The translations under genes were made by a program, and so were the position numbers. Source: Anaerolineae bacterium (lineage in GTDB: Bacteria; Chloroflexota; Anaerolineae; JAAYZQ01). From it: a stretch of 64,000 nt of DNA. Positions 45,196 through 53,829 of this stretch are shown here, one piece after another. The DNA is taken from NCBI GenBank assembly GCA_041300865.1, contig JBFYTF010000172.1, positions 113,754 to 177,753 on the forward strand. The letters are read 5' to 3'. The notes beneath the pieces are model-generated. The model searched no databases and was not told the origin of the DNA. It saw only the letters and a program-made list of their open reading frames with translations. Within the stretch, counting starts at the first letter, position 1. Each line of letters starts with the position of its first letter.

Positions 45196-47058
45196 ATGCG
45201 CATTCTGGTAGTTACTCCCTATTACCTTCCCGATGCGGGGCCCAGCGCCTGGTTGTACGCCCTGCTTTGCGAGCAGTTGGTCCGCCGCGGAAACGAAGTC
45301 ACGGTCGTGGCGGCCGTGCCTCATTATCCTTCTGGCCGAGTTCCACCGTCATACCGCGCCCGTGGCCTCGAGCGCGAGATGCGGAACGGAGTCCAGGTCC
45401 TACGGGTGCCGGTTCCCTCCCTGGATCGCTCCCAGTTGGCGCTTCGTATGCTCCAGTTTCTGTCCTTTCAACTGGGGGCAGCGTGGGTCGGGCGGAGATG
45501 CGAGTACGACGCACTCCTGGTCACCAACCCGGCCCTACACGCCGGCCTTGCCTTCGCTGCCCTTGGACCCTGGCGCCGCAAACCGGCAGTCTTTGCCGTA
45601 GCCGATGTCTACCCCGACGCCGGCATCGATCTTGGTATCTTCAGACACAGGGCGGTGATCGCCGCCGTCGCGGCGCTGGAGCGCTTCTGCCTGGCGCGCG
45701 CGACCTCTGTCCGCATCATATCCGAGTCCTTTTCCGCACCCCTGGAGAGGCTAGGTGTGCCGCGCTCCAGGTTGGTCCTCATCTATGACTGGGTAGACAG
45801 CGACCTGATCCGTCCCTTGCCGCGCCACAACGCCTTCTCGCAGGAACATGGCCTCGACGGCAAGTTTGTTGTGCTCTATGCCGGCAATATTGGACTCTCC
45901 CAGGGCCTGGAGCACGTGCTCGAGGCTGCCCGGCTGTTGTTAAAAGAGGACGATATCCAGTTCGTGATGGTCGGAGATGGGGCCAGCCTGCAGCAGGTGC
46001 GCTCTCGGGCCGAGCAGGCCGGGCTGCCGAACGTCACCTTTTTGCCCTTTCAACCCCGGGAGCGACTGCCCGAGGTGCTCGCCAGCGCCGATGTCTCGCT
46101 CGTGTCCTTGCAGCGGGGTGCGGCGGTGCGCTCGCTGCCGTCCAAGACCTTCTCGATTCTCGCCAGTGGCCGGCCGCTAGTTGCGAGCCTCGACGAAGGG
46201 ACGGATAGCTGGAATCTGATCCAACGCGCTCAGGCAGGGGTTTGTGTCCCGCCTGAATGCCCGGCACTGCTGGTCGATGCGATTCTGGCCCTGAAGCGCG
46301 ATCTGCCCCTGGCCAACAGGATGGGGCGAAACGGGCGAGAGTATGCCCTGCGGCACCACTCCCCCGAAGCGGCAGCGATCCAGTTTGATGAGCTGTTCCA
46401 TGCCATCGTGTCCTCGCCGCCACCCAAGAAGCGGAATGTGAGAAGGGTTACTCTGGCTGTCAAGCGCGCGTTCGACGTGCTTTTCGCCCTCACCCTGCTC
46501 GTGGTGCTGGCCCCTCTGCTGCTCCTGGTGGCGCTGGCCATCCGCCTGACTTCCCCCGGGCCGGTCCTCTTTCGCCATGAGCGGCTCGGCCGGCGCGGGG
46601 TGCCTTTTGCCTGTCTCAAGTTCCGCAGCATGGTCCGGGGCGCCGGCGCGCTCACAGCCCGAGACGCCCACGGGGCGACGGTCGTCGGCGCTGGCGACCC
46701 GCGAGTGACGCCCTTGGGCCGGATCCTGCGACAGTGGAGCGTGGACGAGCTGCCCCAGCTGTGGAACATTCTACGGGGTGAGATGAGCCTCGTCGGCCCT
46801 CGCCCCGACGAGGTGCTGGCCCTCGAGCTCTATAGCGAGCGCGAGCGGCTCAAGCTGGAGATGCGGCCGGGCCTAACCGGGCTTGCCACGGTGAACGGCC
46901 GCAACAGCATCCCCTGGCCTGAGCGCCTGGAGTGGGATGCCAGGTACGTGGAGGACTTTACCCTAAAACTGGATCTGATCATCCTTTGGCGCACGGCGGG
47001 GGTAGTCCTGCGGCGGGAGGGGATCTATACCTCTGAAGCTCGCAGTGGCGGAGGATGA
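45196..47058 (+). CDS. Fusion protein: N-terminal GT4 (WcaI/WbuB-like) + C-terminal small monotopic phosphoglycosyl transferase (PglC-like)
   Basis: aa 1-~400 carry 'MRILVVTPYYLPDAGPS...HYPSGRV' and 'LPSKTFSILASGRPLV'. aa ~420-620 carry 'KRAFDVLFALTLLVVLAPLLLLVALAIRL', 'VDELPQLWNILRGEMSLVGPRP'. It is a single uninterrupted ORF. Confidence 0.85.
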   Translation: MRILVVTPYYLPDAGPSAWLYALLCEQLVRRGNEVTVVAAVPHYPSGRVPPSYRARGLEREMRNGVQVLRVPVPSLDRSQLALRMLQFLSFQLGAAWVGRRCEYDALLVTNPALHAGLAFAALGPWRRKPAVFAVADVYPDAGIDLGIFRHRAVIAAVAALERFCLARATSVRIISESFSAPLERLGVPRSRLVLIYDWVDSDLIRPLPRHNAFSQEHGLDGKFVVLYAGNIGLSQGLEHVLEAARLLLKEDDIQFVMVGDGASLQQVRSRAEQAGLPNVTFLPFQPRERLPEVLASADVSLVSLQRGAAVRSLPSKTFSILASGRPLVASLDEGTDSWNLIQRAQAGVCVPPECPALLVDAILALKRDLPLANRMGRNGREYALRHHSPEAAAIQFDELFHAIVSSPPPKKRNVRRVTLAVKRAFDVLFALTLLVVLAPLLLLVALAIRLTSPGPVLFRHERLGRRGVPFACLKFRSMVRGAGALTARDAHGATVVGAGDPRVTPLGRILRQWSVDELPQLWNILRGEMSLVGPRPDEVLALELYSERERLKLEMRPGLTGLATVNGRNSIPWPERLEWDARYVEDFTLKLDLIILWRTAGVVLRREGIYTSEARSGGG

Positions 47059-47074
47059 CGAGGGGGAGGCGGGC

Positions 47075-47926
47075 ATGTACGAGATCCTGGCAGAAGAGGT
47101 GACCATCGGCCGCGGCTCCGTCATCGAGGACGGGGTCAAGATTCAGGGGCGCTCCAACAAGCTGGCCAGGCGGGTGGAGATTGGCGACAATGCGTTCATT
47201 GGCTACAATACACGGGCGTTTGTCGACGAGCTCGTCATTGGCGACTATACCATGCTGCACAATAACGCCTTTGTCGCCGGCGACCTGCCCTGCCGCATCG
47301 GGCACTGCTGCTGGATCGGGCAGCACACCATTCTGAACTCGACGGGCGGGCTGACCCTGGGCAACGGCGTCGGCGTGGGAGCCTATAGCCAGCTCTGGTC
47401 CCACATCCGCCACGGCGACACGCTCCAGGGCTGCCGCTGGAACAGCAGCCGGCCTCTGATCGTCGAGGACGACGTCTGGTTTGTTGGTCATTGCATTGTG
47501 TCTCCCGTCCACGCCTATGCCCGGAGCATGGCCTTGGTGGGCTCGGTGATCACCAGGGATATGGAGCCGAACCACGTCTACGCCGGAGTGCCGGCTCGCG
47601 ACATCACCGACAAGGTGGGCCCGCAATTTCAGGAGGTCTCCCTTGAGGAAAAGGTTGCGGTGATGCGGGCCAAGCTGGACGAGTTCTATGCCCTCCATCC
47701 CGGGGAACCGGCCAGCATCGTCGTCGTCCGTTCCCGCGAAGAAGCGGCCCACCTGCCCCCTCAGGAGTACACCATCTTTGACGTCTCGACGCGCAGCTAC
47801 AACCGGCGCCGGACCGAGGAAGAGTTTCGCTTCATGAAACATCTATTGCAGCTGATTAAATTCTTCCCTCGCGACGACTCCGCGCCGGACCCCCCCAGGT
47901 CGTCCGCTAAAAGGAGGGGTGGCTGA
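47075..47926 (+). CDS. LbH acyl/acetyltransferase with ~90-aa C-terminal extension (candidate amino-sugar N-acetyltransferase)
   Basis: Hexapeptide repeats are present (IGDNAFIG, IGHCCWIG, LGNGVGVG). The ATG at 47075 follows GGGGGAGG. It lies between the PGT fusion and the DegT aminotransferase. Confidence 0.7.
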   Translation: MYEILAEEVTIGRGSVIEDGVKIQGRSNKLARRVEIGDNAFIGYNTRAFVDELVIGDYTMLHNNAFVAGDLPCRIGHCCWIGQHTILNSTGGLTLGNGVGVGAYSQLWSHIRHGDTLQGCRWNSSRPLIVEDDVWFVGHCIVSPVHAYARSMALVGSVITRDMEPNHVYAGVPARDITDKVGPQFQEVSLEEKVAVMRAKLDEFYALHPGEPASIVVVRSREEAAHLPPQEYTIFDVSTRSYNRRRTEEEFRFMKHLLQLIKFFPRDDSAPDPPRSSAKRRGG

Positions 47927-47944
47927 ATAGGCACCCAGCACACG

Positions 47945-49135
47945 ATGCGTACAGACTTCTTACCCTATGCCCTGCCGTCCATCGGCGAGGAAGAGATCGC
48001 CGAGGTCGTCGACTCGCTCCGGTCGGGCTGGCTGACCACCGGTCCCAAGGTCCAGCGACTGGAGCGTGACCTGGCCGCTTACCTGGGCGCCCGCCACACC
48101 CTGGCGGTCAGCTCCTGCACCGCGGCCCTGCACATCGCCCTCACCGCCCTGGGCATCGGCCCTGGGGACGAAGTGATCGTGCCGACCATGACCTTTTGCT
48201 CCACGGCCAACGTTGTCGTCCACTTGGGCGCCCGGCCCATCCTGGTGGATGTCGGCCCGGACTTTAACGTGACGGCTGGGGCCATCGAGGCGGCTCTGAC
48301 GCCTCGCACGCGGGCCATCGTGCCGGTGCACTATGGCGGCCAGCCCTGTGACCTGGATGCCATCTACAGGCTCGCCACCCGCCACCGCCTGCCCGTCGTC
48401 CAGGACGCCGCACATGCCGTCGGCGCGCACTACCAAGGCGCAAAGATCGGCTCGGATGCCCTTGCGGCGCCCCGATCTGTTGTCTGTTTTTCCTTCTACG
48501 CCATCAAGAACATGACCACCGGCGAGGGCGGCGCCATTGCCACCGCCGAGGACAAGCTGGCCGAAAAGATGCGCCTGCTCACGCTCCACGGCATGAGCCG
48601 TGACGCCTGGAAACGCTACACCGGCGCCGGCTCCTGGTACTACGAGGTCGTGCTGCCCGGCTACAAGGACAACATGACCGACATCCAGGCGGCCTTGGGC
48701 ATCCACCAGCTGCGCAAGCTGGACGGCTTTATCGAGGTGCGCCGGCGCTACGCCCGGCTCTACGACGACGCCTTTGCCGCCCTGCCGGAGGTCGAGACGC
48801 CCCCCGTCCGGCCCGGCCGGTCTCACGTCTATCACCTCTACCCCATCCGCCTAGCTTTGGATCGGCTAACCATCGACCGCTCGCAGTTTATCGAGGAGCT
48901 CCGGGCGCGCGGCATCGGCAGCAGCGTGCACTTTGTCCCGGTCCACCTCCACCCCTTCTACGCCAGTGAGTTTGGCTATTGTCCGGGTGATCTGCCCTGC
49001 GCCGAGGATCTTTACCGGCGCATCATCTCCTTGCCCCTTTATCCGGCCATGACAGAAGACGACGTTGCCGACGTGATCCAGGCCGTGTTCGATGTGGTGC
49101 AGCGCTTTCGGAAGACAAAGGAGGGGGTGTCTTGA
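47945..49135 (+). CDS. DegT/DnrJ/EryC1/StrS-family PLP sugar aminotransferase (PglE/WecE-like)
   Basis: 'LPSIGEEE', 'SCTAALHIAL', 'DAAHAVGA' and 'FSFYAIKNMTTGEGG' (PLP Lys) match the family. Confidence 0.9.
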   Translation: MRTDFLPYALPSIGEEEIAEVVDSLRSGWLTTGPKVQRLERDLAAYLGARHTLAVSSCTAALHIALTALGIGPGDEVIVPTMTFCSTANVVVHLGARPILVDVGPDFNVTAGAIEAALTPRTRAIVPVHYGGQPCDLDAIYRLATRHRLPVVQDAAHAVGAHYQGAKIGSDALAAPRSVVCFSFYAIKNMTTGEGGAIATAEDKLAEKMRLLTLHGMSRDAWKRYTGAGSWYYEVVLPGYKDNMTDIQAALGIHQLRKLDGFIEVRRRYARLYDDAFAALPEVETPPVRPGRSHVYHLYPIRLALDRLTIDRSQFIEELRARGIGSSVHFVPVHLHPFYASEFGYCPGDLPCAEDLYRRIISLPLYPAMTEDDVADVIQAVFDVVQRFRKTKEGVS

Positions 49136-50703
49136 ACCTGCGACGCTATCTGACGTTGGAAACCCTTGCCCGCGTGGTAGTCGACGCGGCGATCGTCGCC
49201 GTCAGCTACCTCGTCGCCCTCGTCCTCCGCCTGTTGTGGCGCATCGCCGCCATGCCCGACTTTACCGCTCGCCAGGGATTGCGCGATGTGGCCCAGACCT
49301 ATGCCCTCACCGCCTGGCTGCTGATCCTGATCTGCGTCGTGGTTTATGGCCTGAGCGGGTTCTACTCGCGAGGCCGCTTCTACGCCAGCCGTTTCAAGGC
49401 CATCGCCATCCTGCAGGCCGTCAGCATTTCCTACCTTCTCTTCGGCCTAGCCATGTACGTGTACGTCACCCGCCGCGGGCCGGGCGAGACTCCTGGCGTG
49501 GCACTCGTGGTCGCCTGGGCCCTGACCCTCGGCCTCACCGAGGGCGCACGCCTGTGGTCCGTATTGTGGCGGCAAGTCATCAAGCGCGAGGCACCGGCGC
49601 TCCGCCGGCTAGAGCAGGATGGGCGGGTCGACCACGTCCTCGTCGTCGGCGGGGCCGGCTACATCGGCTCGGTCCTTTGCCGCCAGCTCTTGCAACAGGG
49701 CTACTCGGTCCGGGTCCTGGACGCCCTGCTCTACGGCCGGGAACCGGTCGCCGACCTTCTGGGACATCACCGCTTCGAGCTGATCAAGGGCGACTCGCGC
49801 GACATTGGCGATGTCTTTCGCGCGATGCTGGACATGGATGCGGTGATCCACCTGGGCGAGCTGGTCGGCGACCCGGCCTGCGCCCTGGACGAGAAACTGA
49901 CCCTGGAGATCAATCTCGCTGCCACACGCATGCTCGCCGAGGCAGCCCGCGGGTACGGCATCAAGCGTTTTGTCTATGCCTCCTCCTGCAGCGTCTACGG
50001 GGCGGGCAGCGAGCTGCTCGACGAGCGCTCGGCCCTTAATCCCATTTCCCTTTATGCTCGAGCCAAGATCGGCTCGGAGCAGGCGCTTGCCGAGCTGGCC
50101 GGGCCCGACTTTCACCCGGTCATCCTCCGTCTGGCCACTGTCTATGGCTTGTCTCCCCGCCCGCGTTTCGACCTGGTGGTCAATTTGCTAACGGCGAAGG
50201 CTGCTAGTGAGGGCGAGATCACCGTCCTTGGCGGGCGCCAGTGGCGGCCCTTCGTCCATGTTGCCGACGTGGCGCGGGCCATCATCCTCTGCCTCGAGGC
50301 ACCGCTCGCCCTGGTGGGGGGCCAGACCTTTAACGTCGGCTCCGACGAGCAGAACCTGACCATCGCTGAGGTGGGCGATCTGGTCCAGAGCCTTATCCCC
50401 GGTGCTCGCCTGTTGTGTCGTCAACAGGACGGCGACCAGCGCGACTATCACGTCTCCTTTGCCCGTATCCGGCGCGAGCTGGGCTTTGTACCCGTGCACA
50501 CCGTGCATGACGGGGTGAGGGAGATCGAAGCTGCGCTTCGCTCCGGCCGGGTTGGGGACTATCGCGACAAGCGCTACAGCAACTACCAGTTTCTGAGCGA
50601 TCCGAGCGAGCGTTCTCTCATAGCGGCCCGCCACATCAACGGCCTGTATGCGGCGCCCGGAGTGGGCACCCCGGCGCGCGGCCTGCAGACGGCGGAGGCC
50701 TGA
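49132..50703 (+). CDS. Membrane-anchored extended SDR (NDP-sugar dehydratase/epimerase; PglF/WbpM-like topology)
   Basis: About 4 N-terminal TM helices are followed by 'VLVVGGAGYIGS', 'YARAK' (YxxxK). The TTG start overlaps the upstream stop and follows AAAGGAGGGGG. Confidence 0.8.
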   Translation: MNLRRYLTLETLARVVVDAAIVAVSYLVALVLRLLWRIAAMPDFTARQGLRDVAQTYALTAWLLILICVVVYGLSGFYSRGRFYASRFKAIAILQAVSISYLLFGLAMYVYVTRRGPGETPGVALVVAWALTLGLTEGARLWSVLWRQVIKREAPALRRLEQDGRVDHVLVVGGAGYIGSVLCRQLLQQGYSVRVLDALLYGREPVADLLGHHRFELIKGDSRDIGDVFRAMLDMDAVIHLGELVGDPACALDEKLTLEINLAATRMLAEAARGYGIKRFVYASSCSVYGAGSELLDERSALNPISLYARAKIGSEQALAELAGPDFHPVILRLATVYGLSPRPRFDLVVNLLTAKAASEGEITVLGGRQWRPFVHVADVARAIILCLEAPLALVGGQTFNVGSDEQNLTIAEVGDLVQSLIPGARLLCRQQDGDQRDYHVSFARIRRELGFVPVHTVHDGVREIEAALRSGRVGDYRDKRYSNYQFLSDPSERSLIAARHINGLYAAPGVGTPARGLQTAEA

Positions 50704-50717
50704 AGGTTCCGGCAGCG

Positions 50718-52010
50718 ATGGACGGTGACGTGATGCCAGCCGCCGAGACAGGGGGCGCCGCGTCCGGCGGCGTGGCGGCCCTTGGCTGCCTCCTGGCCGG
50801 TCGGCCCTGCCCGGCGGATCCGGGGTGGGATTCGGTCGTTTCCCTGGCGCGTGACCACGACCTGTCTCCCCTCCTCTACTGGCGGGCCACGCACCCGCCG
50901 GCCGGGTCGGTGCTGCCGGCCGAGCTCTTACAGGAGCTCAAGAACGATTTCTACCTGGCCCTACGGCGAACGATGCTGGCCGAGCGGCAGCTCGCCGAGC
51001 TGCTGGCAGCTCTGGGCCAGGCAGGAGTGCCCACCCTCGTCCTGAAGGGTTCCGCCGCCGGGGCCTTCTATCCGGACCCGGCCCTGCGTGTGTACGGCGA
51101 CCTAGACTTTCTGGTGCCGAAATCACAAGTCCTTGAGGCAGAGCAGGTGCTCCGGGCTCTCGGTTATCGCTCGCCTCTGTCACGATCGTGGTGGCAGGAG
51201 CACTTCCAGCACCTGCCGCCGATGACCCGAAATCACGGCGAGCTGTGCGTCGAGGTACACTGGAGCCTTGCCCTTCCCGATGCCCACGCCGGCGGCCTGC
51301 CTGCCGAGGATGTCTGGGAGCGGAGCGTGGCGTGGACTCTCGGGCCCGGAGCCGGCCAACCCGCCCTGCGCCTGGACGACGTCGACACGGTCCTGCATCT
51401 CTGCTACCACGCTGCCGTGCAGCACCGGCTGTACCTGGGGCTGCGGCCCCTGGCGGATCTGGCTCAAGTCATAAGCAGCTGGGATCGGGACAAATGGCAG
51501 GCTCTGCTGGGCCGGGCACGTGCCTACGAGTTGGCGAGGCCCGTCGAGCTGGTCGTGGCCCTGGCCGGCAGGTGGCTGTCCCTTGAGCTCCCCCTGGAGG
51601 TTACCAGGACCCTTGAGCCCCTGCTTCCCGTCCTGGACGACTGGCTGGTCCGCCTGGCCTTTCCGAAAGCCGGAGGACCTGCGGCACTTGTCGTGGCCGG
51701 TAGCGCGCCGGGTCTCGGCGCGGGCCTGCGCCATCTCCTCTGGCACCTCTTTCTGCCGCGCGAGGGAATGGCAGTTACCTACGGCATCCCGGCCCGGTCG
51801 CCTTTCATCTGGCTGGCGTACGCGTGGCGGCCCTTTGACCTCCTCCGCAAACATGGCGGCCGGATGTGGCGCGTGTTGCAGGATGATAGGTCGGCTCGCT
51901 CAGCCTGGACTGCTGAGGTCTGGCTCGAGCGTTGGCTGCGTGGTCGGGACGGAGCGCCGCTTGCCAGCAGGGCCGGGCTGGGGCTGGACAAGGAGCCGAT
52001 AAGCGAGTAA
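50718..52010 (+). CDS. Uncharacterised nucleotidyltransferase family protein (NTP_transf_5-like)
   Basis: 'VLKGSAAGAFYPDPALRVYGDLDFLVP' and 'VEVHWSL' are the family signature as I recall it. Confidence 0.65.
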   Translation: MDGDVMPAAETGGAASGGVAALGCLLAGRPCPADPGWDSVVSLARDHDLSPLLYWRATHPPAGSVLPAELLQELKNDFYLALRRTMLAERQLAELLAALGQAGVPTLVLKGSAAGAFYPDPALRVYGDLDFLVPKSQVLEAEQVLRALGYRSPLSRSWWQEHFQHLPPMTRNHGELCVEVHWSLALPDAHAGGLPAEDVWERSVAWTLGPGAGQPALRLDDVDTVLHLCYHAAVQHRLYLGLRPLADLAQVISSWDRDKWQALLGRARAYELARPVELVVALAGRWLSLELPLEVTRTLEPLLPVLDDWLVRLAFPKAGGPAALVVAGSAPGLGAGLRHLLWHLFLPREGMAVTYGIPARSPFIWLAYAWRPFDLLRKHGGRMWRVLQDDRSARSAWTAEVWLERWLRGRDGAPLASRAGLGLDKEPISE

Positions 52011-52104
52011 AATGCGGTTACTCTGGACCTCTGGTAGCGTAACAGCGCGAACGCCGCCCTGGTGCCTTTCGGCCCCGGCCGGAGATCGCTCGATGGAGAG
52101 CTAG

Positions 52105-53802
52105 ATGGAAATCAGGCAGTATTGGAATGTCTTCAAGAAGTGGCTTTGGCTGCTCGCCCTAGGTGCCCTCCTCGCGGGCGGCATCGCCTACGCGGTCAAC
52201 CGCAACACGACGCCAGTCTACCTGGCCGGTACAACACTCATGGTTACGCCCGGCTCTGCCCCGTCCCTGGACAATTACAACGCCCTCTATGCTGCCGAGC
52301 GCCTGGGCCGCACCTACGCCGAGCTGCTGTCCAGCGGGCCGGTCATGGAAGAGACGGAGCGCCGCCTGGCGCAGATGGCCAGCACGGATCCTACCCTCGG
52401 CGACCAGGGGTCGGGCTTTGCCGCGTCGGCGCAGCCCGTGAGCGAAACGCAGCTCCTCAGCCTGCAGGTGACAGGCACCGACCCGCAGCTCATCGCGGCC
52501 GCGGCCGATCTCCTCGTAGAAGTCTTTGGCGAGTGGCTGCTCAACATCCAGCAGTCGCGCTACGGCGAGTCCAAGGCCAGCCTGCAGGCCGAGATGGGCC
52601 GCGTCCAGACCAGCATCCAGGAGCTCGAGGCGGCCATCCGTGATTTGCAGGCGCGACAGCAGGAGGCGGATGCCAACGAGCTGGCGCGCCTCCAGGATCA
52701 GCTTACGCAGTACCGCAGCAGTTACTCCACTCTGCTCAACAGCTACTCGAATATCGCCCTGGCTGAAGCTAGCACAGGCGACACGGTAACCGTCGTCTCC
52801 AGGGCGGAGGTGCCCAGGGTCCCTATCCGGCCGCAAGTAATGCGCAATAGCCTGTTGGCGGCTGTGGCGGGTGTTCTGTTTGCAGCGGGCATCGCCTTCC
52901 TCATAGAATTCCTGGACGACACGGTGAAGACGCCCAGTGATGCGCAGCAGGCTGGGCTGAACGTGCTGGCCACCGTGCAGCGCGCGGGCAGCAACGGCAA
53001 GAAGCGGCCCCAGGAGCTCTTTGCCTTGAGCGAAGCCCGCTCGCCGGTGGGCGAAGCCTACCGTACTCTGCGCACCAACCTCCAGTTCTCTTCTCTCGAC
53101 CGGCCCTTGCGCTGCCTGGTAGTCACCAGTGCCCTGGCGACTGAGGGCAAGACTACGACGGTCGCGAATCTGGCCGTGGTCATGGCCCAGGGTGGCAAGC
53201 GCGTGGTGCTCGTCGATGCCGACCTGCGCCGGCCGTCGGTCCATCGCGTCTTTGGGCTGCCCAACCGGGGCGGGCTGACCGATGCCCTGGTGCAAGAGCT
53301 GGCGGCACTCAACGGCTTCTTGCAGGACACTGGCGTGGAGAACCTGCGGGTTCTGACCTCGGGCCCTATCCCACCCAATCCGCAGGAGCTTCTCGCTTCG
53401 CAGCGCATGGAGGAGCTGCTGCACCGGCTACAGAGCGAGGCCGACATCGTTCTCATCGACACGCCGCCCTCCCTGGTGGTGGCGGACGCCAACGTCCTGG
53501 CCGCCCGCACCGACGGCGTCGTGCTGGTGGTGAACGCCGACCGGACGCGTCGCGTCGCCGTGCAGCAGGCGACCGAGGACCTGCGCCAGGTGGGTGCCAA
53601 TCTGCTGGGCGGTGTGCTGAACATGGTTGACATCCGCCGGGGGCGGGGTGCCGGCTATTACTCCTACCATGGCTACTACTATTCTCAGTATTATGGCGAG
53701 CAGGAAGCCGGTCGCCGGCGCGGGCTGCGGGGCTGGTGGCGCCGCCTGAGACGCAAGAAAAAGGTAGGCGCGCACCGGGGCCCGGTGAGCCCGGCGCCCT
53801 AG
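52105..53802 (+). CDS. Polysaccharide co-polymerase (Wzz domain) fused to BY-type tyrosine autokinase
   Basis: It has an N-terminal TM helix, a coiled-coil periplasmic region and a second TM helix. Kinase motifs are Walker A 'ATEGKTT', A' 'VVLVDADLRRP' and B 'IVLIDTPP'. The C-terminal Tyr cluster is 'GYYSYHGYYYSQYYG'. Confidence 0.85.
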   Translation: MEIRQYWNVFKKWLWLLALGALLAGGIAYAVNRNTTPVYLAGTTLMVTPGSAPSLDNYNALYAAERLGRTYAELLSSGPVMEETERRLAQMASTDPTLGDQGSGFAASAQPVSETQLLSLQVTGTDPQLIAAAADLLVEVFGEWLLNIQQSRYGESKASLQAEMGRVQTSIQELEAAIRDLQARQQEADANELARLQDQLTQYRSSYSTLLNSYSNIALAEASTGDTVTVVSRAEVPRVPIRPQVMRNSLLAAVAGVLFAAGIAFLIEFLDDTVKTPSDAQQAGLNVLATVQRAGSNGKKRPQELFALSEARSPVGEAYRTLRTNLQFSSLDRPLRCLVVTSALATEGKTTTVANLAVVMAQGGKRVVLVDADLRRPSVHRVFGLPNRGGLTDALVQELAALNGFLQDTGVENLRVLTSGPIPPNPQELLASQRMEELLHRLQSEADIVLIDTPPSLVVADANVLAARTDGVVLVVNADRTRRVAVQQATEDLRQVGANLLGGVLNMVDIRRGRGAGYYSYHGYYYSQYYGEQEAGRRRGLRGWWRRLRRKKKVGAHRGPVSPAP

Positions 53803-53829
53803 CGGCAAGCCTGATACGCTCTAGTTGGC

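Noticed and set aside
52159-53424. Long ORFs antisense to, or frame-shifted within, real genes. Examples: 52159-53424(-), 56458-57711(-), 61179-62324(-), 24239-25354(-), 26027-26905(-), 58797-60098(+), 49092-50039(+), 5119-6204(-) upstream part.
   Set aside because: They are typical high-GC shadow ORFs. Their translations are Arg/Pro/Gly/Ala-rich and low-complexity, with no recognisable motifs. Each fully overlaps an ORF with clear family motifs on the other strand or in another frame.
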